A DNA stretch of 64,000 nucleotides from Glaucostegus cemiculus (lineage: Eukaryota): assembly GCA_976551045.1 (NCBI GenBank), contig CDPCPM010000010.1, forward strand, positions 28,954,001 through 29,018,000. Direction: 5' to 3'. Position 1 is the first letter of the stretch, and every line of letters starts with the position of its first letter. A program made the position numbers and the translations under genes. Shown here in pieces: positions 23,527 to 37,429 of this stretch. The notes below the pieces were generated by a model, which was not told where the DNA came from, did no database searches, and worked only from the letters and a program-made list of their open reading frames with translations.

Positions 23527-25680
23527 GCCCTGAGAAAGAAAACACTCCACTGCCAGGAAGAATATCATCATCTGGCACATGAGCAATGCAGGAAGGCATG
23601 AATATAATGAGAATATGGCAATATGTAAAGAAAAGAATTTCTATATATGGTCAGACTGAAGGAAGGTATCCTTATAAACTGCAGTACAGATGCATTACAG
23701 AGGAGAAGATGCAGTCAAAAGATCTTTCATATTAAATATATTATATATAAAAGGTTCATTAGACTCCTCCATGTGATCATTTGATCTGTATAAAATCTGA
23801 AAAAACGGAATGACTATATAATATAATAAACCTCATGTGCTTGATCTAAAATATTCCACTTAAGGTCACACCATTTTTTTAAAATTCTGTCTTGTTCCCT
23901 GTGCAACATTTCTAAACGTAGTCTACATCCTTAAGGCATTTTGTGTCCTGTTTAAGTCACATTAATATTGACTTTCTCTCTCAATCTAAGTAAACAGTTT
24001 CATTTTGAACTTTGTAAACTACTCTTAGTACTGCATCATAATGGTACTTCATCATAGCTGCTGCATAACATGACAGCCTCATTTCCAATTTATCAATGAA
24101 GGACTAACTCTAGAAAGTATAACAAGTTGTTCCAAATTTGTGCATTTTAAATTCATGAATATACTTTATTTAATAGAAAGCAAGTACTTACATTTATGTG
24201 GCACGATTCACATCCTTTGGGATGTCCAAAAACCATTGAGCAACTAATGAATTACTCTTGCTGTATATATTATTGTTCGATTGTGTTTCAGTCAAAGGTG
24301 AAGCTACCACCATTGAACCATACTGAAACTGCCTTATTAGTGTTGCAAAAGATTTGCATTTGATTTATGTCACAATAAATAACATCAGGCTAATTTCAGT
24401 AATTTATCAAGTACGAACAAGAAACAGTGGAAAGTTGGGGATTGTTATGCCAAAGGGATACTGAACACGATATTGCAATTGATCCTAAAACAGAATTGAT
24501 GTCATTATTGGTCAATTCTTAGGAATTTACTTGTTATTACTGACAAGGTATAAAGAATAGAAGCAGATTATTGATTCATTTCAGATCAGTAAATTATTGC
24601 TGATTGAATATAAGAGATGGCCATTCTTTATTTAACTAACAGAATAGATTGGAATACTGTGATTGACCTGATTTCAAGACATCAATATTATTTGCACATC
24701 AATTTTAATCAAATAATAAGCATACATGTACAATAACTTATTCTGGAGCATTTTATTGATCTAACATCAACCCATTAAGATTAACTTCAGTTCTTGATAA
24801 TGGCTGATCAAGAGTTTGAATAGGTAATTGAGACTATAGATTTTTTTTAAAAAGCTGGAATTTAGCCTACAAAAAATTACCATACAGTAATTTATTGCAT
24901 TCAATTCACACATGGAGTTTCCAGGACTTGAGTTTGGATCAAGGACCTTTAGCAGCTCTCAGGTTCATTTCATTATTTCTGTAGAAAAATGATGGCCAAT
25001 CATGATAATAAAAATCAAATCACAGGACAACGCAAAACAAACTATTGATTTTAAAATGTGTTACAAATTTTGGTTGACCTTCAACAGACTTATGTGAAAA
25101 GTTTTATTAAAATTTATTGTAGGCCATCCACTTAAGGAATGCATGGACCATGTAAAATGAATGGCAACACCATTAACAGGAGTTCTAAAAGCACAAAGCT
25201 CCTTTAAAATGACCAGGCATAGCTTTCAATCACACACACATGGTTATAATCAAATTGATTGGGAAATGTATTAGTTGAGTGGATGTCAATAATTAGCTGT
25301 GCCAAAATGTATGGAATGCAAAACAAGGGAACTGCTAAAAGGAATAATTAAGAACTGGTGTAACCTTAATTAATCACTTTAAATTTTCTTAGCTGAAACC
25401 CATCAGCACGAAGTGAAGTAATTTGCATCAGGCAGATTTGTTTCACTTATATACAGTAATAAATCCTGTACATTACACTTATGTAATTTTTGCATGAATA
25501 TGTGATAAACAGAATATGAGATATTTTTGGCTTGTATAAATGAAATAGTAATCTGCCCATTGCTAATTCTTTGTTTTTGAAGAGAATGTATAATTTAGGC
25601 AATCTCTGTATATAAAGATATATTTATGAATTCTGAACCTATCCAAATTAAACATTTTCAGAACTATTCCATTTAGTGTT
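23527..25680 (+). other. glra1: Probable glra1 3' UTR (end uncertain)
   Basis: AT-rich and free of recognisable repeats. AATAAA at 24374, 25007 and 25458; ATTAAA at 25647 followed by GT-rich sequence. Confidence 0.5.
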
Positions 25681-26045
25681 TTTGGAGTGAGTGTTTAACA
25701 TCAGTCATCTGTTTTATATAAGATAGTTGTATGAACACAACCACAAAGGTATCATAACGTTATTTAACTAATCTTATTTTTAAATAAGTTAATTAGACTA
25801 CTAAGTGTTGTTATATCAATCTCCCTCCACCACAAAGATAACAAGTTTGAGTAGAGAAGAGATTCCCAAACATTTTTTTGCTGTGTCCCACTTTAAACAG
25901 GTTTGTTTATTTTGCACTCCTCTCCCATTCTCCATAATAATTATAAACATTGAATTGCAGCTAGTTAGATTAATAAATGCATTCCCCCCTTCCACAGAAC
26001 TCCCAAGGCAACCCCTTCAGTCCCCACTATTCCATTTAGGGTCTG

Positions 26046-26348
26046 AGATGAGATGAGATATCTTTATTAGTAACTTGTACATCGAAACACACAGTAAATG
26101 CATCTTTTGCGTAGAGTGTTCTGGGGGCAGCCCGCAAGTATCGCCATGTTTCCAGCGCCAACATAGCATGCCCACAACTTCCTAACCTGTATGTCTTTGG
26201 AATGTGGGAGGAAACCGGAGCAACTGGAGGAAACTCACACAGACATGGGGAGAATATACAAACTCGTTACAGGAAGTGGCCAGATTTGAACCCAGGGCAC
26301 TGGCGCTGTAAAACGTTACGCTAACCACCACACTACCATTCCTGCCCC
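26046..26348 (-). mobile_element. tRNA-derived V-SINE, full length (family with Rex1-like tail)
   Basis: On -: A box GGTGGTTAGC, B box GGTTCAAATC, V-domain ...GGTTTCCTCCCACATTCCAAAGAC, then AATAAAGAT and a (TCTCA)n tail. Confidence 0.9.
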
Positions 26349-26572
26349 AATATGAAATTCTAAAAAGTCTAAGTTCAGGGAATGGAAAATCACCATTGCT
26401 CCAGACCTTTGTTTTGAGAACATGTTCAATAATATTAGCCAAAAATAGTAAAATTAAGCTCTGCATGGCAACATTAAAAAGTGTAAAGTTGAAGAAGGTT
26501 TGCTACTTGTAATCAAACATCCCTGACTGGATACATCATGCAGCCGATACCTGATTCTGTCACTATTGCAAG

Positions 26573-27133
26573 GAACCATAGAACCATAGAACAATACAGC
26601 ACAATACAGGACCTTCGGCCCACCATGTTGTGCTGTCCACACCTAACATTATCTAACCGTTTCCTCCCACATATCTCTCTATCCCACATTCCTCCATATG
26701 CCTATCCAACAATCTCTTGAACCTGTCCAACGTATCTGCCCCACCACCACCCCAGGCAGCGCATTCCATGCACCAACCACTCTCTGGGTGAAAAACCTCC
26801 CTTTGACATCTCCCCTGAACTTCCCACCCATAACCTTAAAGCCATGCCCTCTTGAGCATTGGTGCCCTGGGAAAGAGGCGCTGTCCGCCTACTTTCTATT
26901 CCTCTCAATATTTTATACACCTCTATCATGTCTCCCCTCATCCTCCTCCTCTGCAATGAGTAAAGCCCTGGCACCTTAAGCCTCTCCTCATATTCCATAT
27001 GCTGTGACCCATGCAGCATCCTGGTAAGTCTCCTCTGCACCCTCTCCAATGCCTCCACATCCTTCCTATAATACAGCGACCAGAACTGAACACAGTACTC
27101 TAAGTGTGGTCTAACCAGAGTTTTGTAAAGCTG
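26573..27133 (-). mobile_element. CR1 3' fragment with (TATGGTTC)n tail
   Basis: ORF 26702-27058 reads ALERVQRRLTRML..EERL..LYSL.RRRMRGDMIEVYKI; tail GAACCATAGAACCATAGAA on +. Confidence 0.9.
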
Positions 27134-27339
27134 CGCCCTGATGACATAATACTGGTACTAACGTGCTTGTCAAGACAAAACTGGAGTTTGTATTTAATGA
27201 AAAGGATACTTTTGAAATATAAGCACAGTAGAGACATTGACTTTTTTAATATCTGTCTACAATAGTCATTGGCAGATGTACCACACTGAGGCTGCAGGAG
27301 GGAAAGATTGGGAAAGCAGAGGGCATGGAAGGCATTTGA

Positions 27340-27555
27340 CCCACACTAGACATTATCAACAAATCAAGATCATTGGGGGTACTTTAAGACAGACTAGATA
27401 CATTTTTGAAAGATCCAGGAATTGAGAGCTGTGTGGAGCTAACACAGAAGAGGAGATGGAGCCTGGGACGGATAAGTCCTGATCATATTGAATAGCAGGG
27501 CAGGCTTGAGGGGTCCAGTGGCCTACTCCTGTTCCTATTATGTTCTTATGTTCTA
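27340..27555 (+). mobile_element. CR1 3' fragment
   Basis: Ends GGCCTACTCCTGTTCCTATTATGTTCTTATGTTCTA. Confidence 0.8.
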
Positions 27556-30500
27556 AGCAACCAACCAACCATCAAGGCTGACTACACAGACAAGACAGAG
27601 AATGGGTGTATGAAGCAGAGAGGATAGCTATGGACACTGTTTTTGTGGTGTACCATGTAGTGCATGGAGCAGCAGGGAATGTCACCTTTAATGCCTTAGT
27701 AGTGGCAATGAATGTCACTCCTATCAACTGAGTTTGAGCAGGCAACTGTATGACTCCACCAGGTTTATTTGCTTTTTGGATAACTGATATTTTTCTGGCA
27801 ATTCACTGATTATAAGATATAACATACAAGAATACAATCTTTTATTTAGGGTTACCAAGATGTTCAATGTCTTATGAAGGTGTGTCATGTCTTTCATGAA
27901 ATTTGCAGATACTCATATCCTCAGCTATTAAAAAATTAATTGTTGAAGGACCAGCATTAATGAAGGGTGGTACCACAAGTCAACAAGTTGCAAAGATACA
28001 GAAAGTGTGTTACTTGTACATTTGTCTTTCCTGGATGGTTCTTTTGTTAGAGTCACAAAGCAATTGTTGGTTTCAGATGTAACGCATACTATCACTTTTT
28101 CAGGCACAGTACTAACAATGATAGCTATCCAATGAATTGTGGAAAACAGAAACTTCAGCACAGCAACATGTCCACTTTTCCAAGAACATTTCATCACAAC
28201 TACTTGATTGCTTTCCAGTATCCTGTGCATCACTTCTTTGGAGATCATAATCATCAAGGCCAGACATCAGCACACTTAGAATGATGTCACTACTAGGATT
28301 AATGGCATATTCTCAACAGCCCAGGTGCATAAATGCAATGCAAGAAATCCAACAACCAACAAATCCTTCTTTATTTCCCCCTTTATCACTTTGGGATGTT
28401 AATAATTGTAGCCTCATGGTTAAAGGAAGCATAAGAAGACAGATAAGGATCATGAACCACACACTGTGAGCTGCTGGTAATGCAAGCCATCATATCATGA
28501 ACCAAATATACTGTGACAGCTTGAAATAATGTACAAATGGTCTACAAAATTGCTGCCCCTTGGGAGCAAATCGACCTTGCTGCAGCAGAAAAGGCAGGTT
28601 TGTCATGAAGCATCCATTGTCCTATTAACACTGGTGTCTCTCAGCAAACAAAAAAGGGTGATTCCAGATATTAATCTTGTAGGTGCTATTCTTCATGTGC
28701 ATTTTTGACATGATGGGGATGGAACTGCCATGTGTGATTTGGCACAGCAGCTTCAGTGGCAAAAGCTGTCCTGGATCACTGAGTGAGCATACACTTCCAT
28801 ACCCATCATTTGTCACTGAACCTTTGTAGTTTTCCCTGCTTCTAGTTTCTTGTGACAGCAAAACCAGAAATGGGATTCCGTATGTGATAAAAATTCCATG
28901 GAAAGGAAATGTTCCTCCTAACTAAAGGAACTGCTTAGGTACACTACCTCTCTGGGAGTAGGTCTACCGCTCTTTTTTTTTACAATGGGCATTGCTGGTA
29001 ATGTTCACTTCCTCCATGATCAGCATACCTTGGCTACAATGTGTATCATCTACAAATGCACCGCAGTTACTCACCTGGGCTACTCTGTTCAGGACCTACA
29101 GAACTGGTGATCTCTAACACCAAAAAGGACAAGACTGCAAACACATGGGAACACTATTCATTGATAAGATAAGATAAAGATTTCTTTATTAGTCACATGT
29201 CTATCAAAACACACAATGAAATGTAAGTTGCACAGAATCCTGACTTTGAAATCACCATCACTTGTGTGTCTAAATCCTGGAACTCTCCATCCAACAGTAT
29301 TGCAGGAGTATCTTCACCACTTGGACTGAAATAGTTCAAAAAGATTACTCTCCACTTTGTAAGTGCAACAAAGGGAGAGATGGCCATCATATCACATTGA
29401 GTGACAAAAATAAGAAAGATGAAAGTCACAGCATGTAAAGATGAAAGTCACTGCACCCATAGAAACCAAGTGGCCAATTGAGAAGTGTCTGGGAGCCAGC
29501 ATTGAGCCTTAAGAGACTACACTGGGAGAATAGGGATTCCTTTCCATCATCCCTTCCTGTACCAAAGCAGACAAGGATACCTTGTAAGCCCAGACCCTAC
29601 ATCATAATGAAGTGTAACACTGCTGATAGGTATCTGGTTTGTTCTCAGGCCAATTGTAGTCTTGTATCTCAGCACAAGTATCAATGGAGCACAGAATTGC
29701 CTGTTTGGTGGTTTAGTAGGACAATAATTCAGGAAGTCTTTGGGGTGACAATGATGCATTTAAGCTAATTGTCAGAAATACCATATCAAAAGCCTTGATA
29801 GACCTCTCAGCAATACAGCTTAGAGACAGTTCATAGGAAAACTGTTTCTAAAAATTTAGAACCACCAGATTACTGTGATATATCCAATCAAAAAGTTATC
29901 ATTTGATACCACTTACTTACTGATGCACAGAAGTCTCTTCATACACATAAACATTTCAAACATATCATAAGCTCAGATATCAACATAGTAATATTCATGC
30001 AAGTGGAAAATATGTATCACCTGCTGGAATATCATGCTGTGTATGTCTCTCTGACTAGATAGACAAATATTATCACAGCTTCTTTCAATTGTTGCAGCTT
30101 TTCTGTAATTATCATTGGAATAATTTTACTCCCCAGCAGAAGACAGCACTAACCAAGTGTTACTAAGATTTTACTTGGCATTAATTATCAATTAACATTA
30201 AAATAATTTAAACTGCTGAAGTGAAGAACTTCTTCACAAGGAAAAAAATCATGCCATCCCATTTCTCTACAGGAATGATGTTTGCTAATTGGTTTGATAT
30301 TGATTCACATTCATACATGAGATTTTGGTTTATTCAGTTTAATGTTAAGACCAACATTTATTGCCATGGTTAATTGATCCTGGTGTTGCTTTCTTAAGCT
30401 CCTGCTCTTGTCCCAGTGAAATTTCTCAACAGTGTAGTTGGGTAGGGAATTCCAGGGTTTAGGCCCAGTGATTATGAAGGAATGGTAATATATTTTCAAA

Positions 30501-30954
30501 TATATTGGAGAGAAGCCTACAGATAACCACACGTGTCTGCTGCCCTAATGTTTCTTGGTGGAAGCACTTGTGAATTTTTATTATTCATAATTTGGAAATA
30601 TGTTCTTCTGTAAGCCATATAACATTGTTTCATTATTCTGGTGTGAAAGGAAAATTGGAAAAGAATTTAAATAGATTGTCAAACTGTTCTTAAAATAATT
30701 TTCAGAACAATTCCCGACCTGAGGAAGCATGAATGGAAAACCAGTAATTTTCAGCCAACCATTTTCTGTTAATACCCCTGACTCACCAGATGAGCTATGA
30801 ATGAGTCTCAGAATGAAATGCAAAACTGTATTTGGGAACAAGTTTTCAGATATTAATGCCACTGGGAGCAATTTAAATTTTACCTAATCATTGTTCAGTT
30901 CTCCTGATTTTTACTACTTTGACTTCAGTAGAATTGAGAATTGGAAGAGTTGCG

Positions 30955-31160
30955 CAGAGTCATGGAGTCACACATCATGGAAACAGGCCTTTCGGCCATT
31001 ACAATTATACTGACCTTTTCGCTCATCTGCATTAATCTCATTTGCCCACATTAAGACAGTATCGTTCCATGCCTTTCCTAGTTAAAATGCCTGTCTAAGT
31101 GCCTCTAAAACATATCAATTGTATCTGATTCCACCACCTCCTCTGGTAGTGTGTTCTAGG
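30955..31160 (-). mobile_element. CR1 3' fragment
   Basis: AGAGTCATGGAGTCA...GGAAACAGGCCTTTCGGCC...TCCACCACCTCCTCTGG is the reverse of a CR1 3' end. Confidence 0.75.
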
Positions 31161-31551
31161 TAAGTAGTAAGTGACTATCTACTAGTAAGTGCCAGTTTTA
31201 CACTATCATCAATAACATTACACAGACTGAGTTTTATTCCATACTGTTAATCAAAAATTCTTTCCATGCATATTCAACAATCTCATCCACATTCTCAAGT
31301 TTATCAACCTGACACACAAGGCAGCCACAGCCAAGTTACTTTCAGCAAATTTTGATGAAATGGTTAAAGCTGAGAAATGCCAGGTATGACGCTCCAAGTA
31401 AAATCCAAATGTATGTAAATACCAATAAGCCAGATGAAGACTGAACATGGGTGGAGAGGGCATGTGTTATTAGCTATCAGAGGCCATTGAAGTACTGGCA
31501 CCTTGTGGCAGTGGGGACTGGTGTTAAAATCGAGCAGTCAGTCAAGGAGAT

Positions 31552-31831
31552 TAAGATAAGATCTTTATTAGTCACATGTACATCGAAGCACACAGTGAAA
31601 TGAATTTTTTGCGTAGTGTTCTGGGGGGCAGCCTGCAAGTGTCGCCACACTTCTGGCGCCAACATAGCATGCCCACAACTTCCTAACCCATACGTCTTTG
31701 GAATGTGGGAGGAAACTGGAACACTCAGAAGAAACCCACGCAGACATGGGGAAAGCGTACAAACTTCTTACAGACAGCGGCAGGAATTGAATCCGGGTCG
31801 CTGGTGCTGTAAAGCGTTATGCTAACCGCTA
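31552..31831 (-). mobile_element. V-SINE (family with Rex1-like tail)
   Basis: Closely similar to 26046-26348 and 51489-51772. Confidence 0.9.
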
Positions 31832-32014
31832 TTGGAGGATAGGCGTCAGCAGCAAATCAAAGGGTTGGGACCATGGAAGATCAGAAGCTCAGGGTTTCAG
31901 AGTGTTGGAGCTAATAATATAAAAGGTGATTAATGGGACTGGTTTTGGTTGTCTCCAACTCCAACACTGAGTGAATTAGTCCTAATCCTGGGAGTGACCA
32001 ATGATCTCACAACA

Positions 32015-32260
32015 ATGGTATTGGTATTAGTTTATTATTGTCACTTGTACCGAGGTACAGTGAAAAACTTGTCTTGCATACCGATCGTACAGATCAATTC
32101 ATTACATAGTGCAATTACATTGAGTTAGTACAGAGTGCATTGAGGTAGTACAGGTAAAAACAATAACAGTAAAGTGTCACAGCTACAGAGAAAGTGCAGT
32201 TCAGGTAGATGATAAGGTGCAAGGTCACAAGGTAGGTCGTGAGGTCAGAGTCCATCTCAT
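32015..32260 (-). mobile_element. 3' UTR fragment of a Rex1-like LINE
   Basis: Reverse complement resembles 50850-51065; short (CCAATA)-type tail. Confidence 0.7.
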
Positions 32261-32534
32261 TAATGCAAACCAATTTCCCCAGAAAGGCTCCTGAAACAGC
32301 ATTGCCTCAGGAGTGTGTCTTGTCAGGAAGTGACCAGCTGAATTTCTGGAGTGACGGAAAATGACCCAGAACCGGGTCTCACATTTCCCTCTTGGTGTTG
32401 AAGTACTCAGTGTCCTGCGATTGTTTTTCTTGGACAATGAAACTTCAAAAGGCCTTTCATATCATCACCTTTAATTAAAATTTAGACTAATAATTTTTGG
32501 ATCATTTTCTGCAAGTGGTAGGGTGACCACATAA

Positions 32535-32810
32535 AAAGAGAGCACAGTCTTAATGTGAGAGGTAGGAGATTTGAAGGGAATCAGTGGGTTAGGTTTTTTT
32601 TACACAAAGCGTAAGTGATATCTGGAACATGCTGCCAGAAGAAGTGGTGCCATCAGATATATTCACTATGTTTAAGAGGCATTTAAACAGACACTTCAAT
32701 AGGCAAGGCAAAGGAGGATATCATCCTAATGCAGGCAAATGAGATTAATATAAATGAGAACAAAAGTTGGTATGTAAGCCCATTTCTTGAGCTGTGCAAC
32801 TCTTTGATTC
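32535..32810 (+). mobile_element. CR1/HER1 3' fragment
   Basis: AGAGAGCACAGTCTTAATGTGAGAGG...TGGAACATGCTGCCAGAAGAAGTGGT...ATGTTTAAGAGGCATTTA. Confidence 0.75.
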
Positions 32811-34509
32811 TAAGTGTCACAGAGACAAATCAGCAACAGTGTACAGGAACTGTTTGTTCATTACCCTCATACTCTCAACAAAGTGGAATGCATTTACCTC
32901 AGACTGCAGGACACACTAAAAATCTAAGAATGCATCACAGCTTTGCTTATCAGTTGGTTCATGTTGCTTTATACTTCCAAGAAATGTATTCAAAACTTCT
33001 TTGAATGTAAGTGTTCTGCAAAAATTAACATCCTTATAGTCAATATTTTACAGTTTGAAAGCTGTTGTTGGATAAAGGCTGTCCCTAATAATGTATCCTC
33101 CCATTTTTGAAATTTATCTAACAGTTCAGGAAGTGTGGGCTACATTTGTACAACACATTTAAATTAGCAAAATATTCTTTGAACCTTTACATTCAAGCAC
33201 AGAGCTCAAGGGTTTGAGAAGCCCATTAAGAAATTAACCAAGGATGGTGATTGAGAAGTAGGTTCTGAGGATGCCTTTGAAACTGGATGGAATTATCACA
33301 AGGCAAAGATTTGTAATCAATGGAAATAAAACTGAGTATAGACATTTAAATGAGTGGAAGTACTAAGGGCTGGAAGAAGTTCAGACAAATCAGATAAAAC
33401 AGGCCTTCCCCATGGGCTAAGGTTGTTTCACCTCATAATCTGCGTTAGTATCTATAATTTGATGTTTCAAAATGACTTGGGACCTTTCGCATTTTAAGTG
33501 TTAGAACATAGAACAATACAGCACTGGAACAGGCCCTTCAGCCCATGATGTCTGTGTCAACCATGATGAAACTAATCCCATCTGCCTGCACATGATCCAT
33601 ATTTCTCCATTCCCTTCCTGTTCATGTGATATAGGTGAACATCATTATCATTATTTTCAGCAGGATAAAGAGCAGAATATAAAGCATACTTTCAGATACT
33701 GTTAATAGAAAGTTACATAATGAGCAATGGCTAAGGAAAATTGGATCTTATATTCTCCAGGTAAAGGGAAACATTGACGTAGTTTTACTGAAGATGGAGA
33801 AAGGGACTTACAGACTATTGATCCTATCATGGTGAAGGGCTCACAAACCAAAAGATATTGGTTAGAAGATGGAAAGCTGAGGGTGCAAGAGGGTGAAGAG
33901 TGCAAATCGTTGTTATGAGACTTCAATTTGGATTTGGATTTTACTATTATATCTTCAATAAAGATACTTGTCTTGTGCCAGGTAGATCAATGGATTCTAC
34001 ATGCATCAGATTCCCAGTGCAATCAAAACTTCCTTTATTACAAAGGATCTAGTCTGAGAATCAGAGGGCAGTTATCCAGCATTTTCCCATGAGTAACTAG
34101 AGATGGACAATCATCATCAGGAAAATAGGTGCACACTACAAATTAAGGAATGGTGACAATGTTATCCAGAATGGAGATGATTGGCTAATTTTCATGTCTA
34201 TCGAGCTATATGTCTATACATCTGTAATTGACTGAGATTGATTATATGCACATAATTTAAATATAATTACCATCCACTTATAGCATTTTTCTGGAGAAAT
34301 TAGTCTGCTTTTATGACGAAAATTTATTGTGGTTTATTTCCTCTGCTCTGGAATAGCGTGCTTACTAAAGATGAATGTATCTGCTATACAGTTGACTGTT
34401 TGCAGTGCTGGGTATCCCCTTTCCGTCTCGAGTTAATTCTTAAAGGAAAAGCTAACAAATAGAGTATGCACATGAGTAAATGGTGGCAAAAGAGTCTGGT
34501 CATACCTGG

Positions 34510-34896
34510 ACTGTTGGAAATGAACAATGTATGGGAGAGGATCACAGAAACAGCTGTGATGGGAGAGCGAACAGACATGGGAAGAACAGCCGCCAGCCGG
34601 CTTCACTGACTCAGTGACTGAGTGAGTGAGTGAGTCTGCTCAGCGCTCCTAGCTCTGCTTGGCTGAACCTTGCCCTAACTCTTGTTACTCGGTGGAGCTG
34701 GAGGTGGGGGGGGGGGGGGGGGGTGGAAGTGGGTGGAGTTTGAGAGAATGGAAGCACATGGAGATGCCCTGTTCCCACCCAGCAGGAGATAGCTGCAGCC
34801 CCACAGCAGCTGGCAAATTCACCCTGCTGGTCTTGCAAATGCTTGTTATGTAAGGGCTGTTCATAGGTTGGGTGGCCATAACCTAAGGAGGATCTG
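34510..34896. mobile_element. Tigger/pogo-like non-autonomous DNA transposon, partial copy, with internal (GAGT)n and poly-G
   Basis: Colinear with 49393-49796; ends GGAGGATCTG|TA. Confidence 0.6.
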
Positions 34897-36369
34897 TACT
34901 CCCAAAATGAATCATTCCAGTCCCACATATTGTAATTAACTCTTACTGTCCTCTGTATTAATCAACCTAAACAACTTGTTTGTTAAAAAATGCTTATCAT
35001 TATAGAAGACCCCTTGGTAATTATGAATCAGTTGAGGGTTTTAGTGCAATGAAAACCTTTTGTTTCTTGCCTTGCTTTCTGGACTTGAAGGTTAGTCACT
35101 GTGTCGTTTTGTACCGTGGTCAAATCTACAGCAGTGTACAGTTATCCGACTCACTAACAGAAAACCAATTTCATGAAATTCCCCCTGAGACGACAGAAAA
35201 CAATGTTACAGAATATTATTTTCACAAAGATGAAAAAAAAACTGTGGCTACTGGAGTTTCTGAAATTACCAAGATATGGAAAAATACAAAAACAATTGAG
35301 TAAAATCTGTAAAGATATATCCAAATAACAAATCCAGTCAGGAGGCAGAAAACGTAACACCTGTCTGGCTTCAGTTGGACCAATCAGAATTTTCTAAGCT
35401 ATAAACTAATTACAGAACTTAAAAATAAAGTCATTCAGATCCTCTTGATGTGTGTCATGACTTACAGGTCTGATTCACAAAGTTCATAGCATATTCACCG
35501 GATCCTACTATATTTTAAAGCCTCCAAGCCAGTCTTCAGTTTAACAAATGTTAACAACACTAATATAAATACAGAAACAGACATTATGCAAAACCACAAT
35601 GTACAGAAGCACACAACACATCAAAAACATGCATGGACTCAAATAAAATTGTGCATCAAAACCTGCAAAAGAACAGATTGTGCAATAGCTAATGGTTTTA
35701 AATGTAGCAGATCACTATTGCTCCATATGTGTGTTCATATATAGTGAAGAATGTCCTCCGTCAGCACAGAAAGAAGGCGGGTCACACTTCATCTGCGTCA
35801 TCAGACCTTAGTGCTATTCTTGCACTTTCCCAGATCTGTGACACACTTTTCATATCCCGCAGGATTAGTTTTAATACACAAGGACAACACTCAAAAACAT
35901 AGATCACTGCAGAATCAATTGAAGATTGTTAACAAGGAGCCTAAAATAATAAATCCTCAGGAATCAGGGCATCCAGGAAGTAAATCCCATGAAATCAAGA
36001 CATCCTGGCTAAGAATCTGAACAGAGGTCAAATAAATGTTTACAGGATAATCACAACACATGGACATTTTTGTCTGGATGCATTAGACTGTTTGTGATTT
36101 CTAGCAAGTATCAGTGTAGGCTGGAATGTATTATATTGATCCATAGATAATAAATGTTTCTTTAATTCTGTCATCCTAGAAGGATTGTATCCTTTGACCA
36201 ACTGCAGGCTAATGTTGCAACAGAATTTGGCAATGGAAGGTTCCAAAGATTTGTTTAAAAGAAGTAAGCAACTGTAAACTGCTTCAGGAATAAAGTAACC
36301 TTTGTTTATTGTGACTATGTGTAGTCTATAACCCAGGCATGAATATTGTTTTCCAATCTTAAGTAATCC

Positions 36370-36990
36370 CTTTTCTCCCCCTCCCCCCCACCCTTCTGAT
36401 CCTCCAGGCCTCCCATTATTGTTCCCTTTCCCACACACCTCCCCCCGCCAAGGCCCCCTTCACCCATCTTCACATCCCCTTCCCCCTCCTGGTTCTATCC
36501 ACCAACTTCACACACGGGTTTCCCTCCCCCTGCCTCCCTGTCACCAAATCTGGTTCCAACTGCTGTTCACCTCTCCCCTAATGGTTCCTATTCTCACCTC
36601 CTTTACTTATCAGAATCCAGCTCTGATAACGCTTTGTGTTCCTGCTTATCTCCCTCCCAGCTGTCTCCCATCTTCCCTCCTCTCCCCCCGCTTTGCTCCA
36701 TCTATTTCCCCCCTTTTTCCTCTCTCTGCCTCCATCTCTCATTCACCTTCCACTGTCTTCCAACTCCACCCCCACTCACCTCCCCTACCTGACTCTCACC
36801 TTACACCCCCTCCTCAGTCCACCAGTTGCCTTGGAATACTTTCATGCCACTCCTCTTCTCTTTATTTCTGGTCATCTCGTTTCTCCACTCTCAGTCCCGA
36901 TGCAGGGTTTCAACCCCAAAACATTGACAATTCCTTTCCTTGCACAGATGCTGCTTGACCCGCTAGGTTCTTCCAGCAGATTGTTTGTTT
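36370..36990 (+). mobile_element. Penelope-like fragment with long pyrimidine-rich tract
   Basis: Ends CAGTCCCGATGCAGGGTTTCAACCC...ACAGATGCTGCTTGACCCGCT..TTC.TCCAGCAG, like the right arm of 46146-46762. Confidence 0.65.
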
Positions 36991-37429
36991 AACCTTTGTT
37001 TATGGGTTAAATTACTAACAATGTGCAAGTGAACAAGGAAGGTAAAGAGACAGAAGCGATCCTTATTAAATACAATAGTGAGGGAGTGTTGCCATGGGAG
37101 GGTCTTTGCCTTGAGAGTGTGTAAATGGCAATGACTGTCTTATTCATTGTCCCACTGCATCAAACTTTAATACTTGCGAGTTCATCCATAAGTCCAGTGT
37201 GCTTATGGTCAGAGTGGAGTTGTGTGAGGGTGGGGTTTGTTGGTAGTCTTATAGCCCAGTACTTATTGAGAAGGTTGTGAAATTGGGAACAGAGACCAGC
37301 CATTGATGTGTGGGGAGGGATCAGTACTGGGGATCAGTATATTGGTTTCATGGAGGAGGCAGAAGGAATCAGGATAGGAAGCCAGGAGATGGTGAGAAAG
37401 CCGGGAGATTGTTGGGATGGGGAGGAATC

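Noticed and set aside
33750-33965. Exon-like stretch (TTCTCCAG, a protein-like frame, then AATAAA)
   Set aside because: The plausible frame has a stop just after the acceptor, no partner exons were found, and no homology is recognisable.
36419-36992. Pro/Ser/Leu-rich ORFs of 179 and 118 aa, and the similar 46317-46775 ORF
   Set aside because: Low-complexity tracts of Penelope-like repeats that lack stop codons because of base composition.
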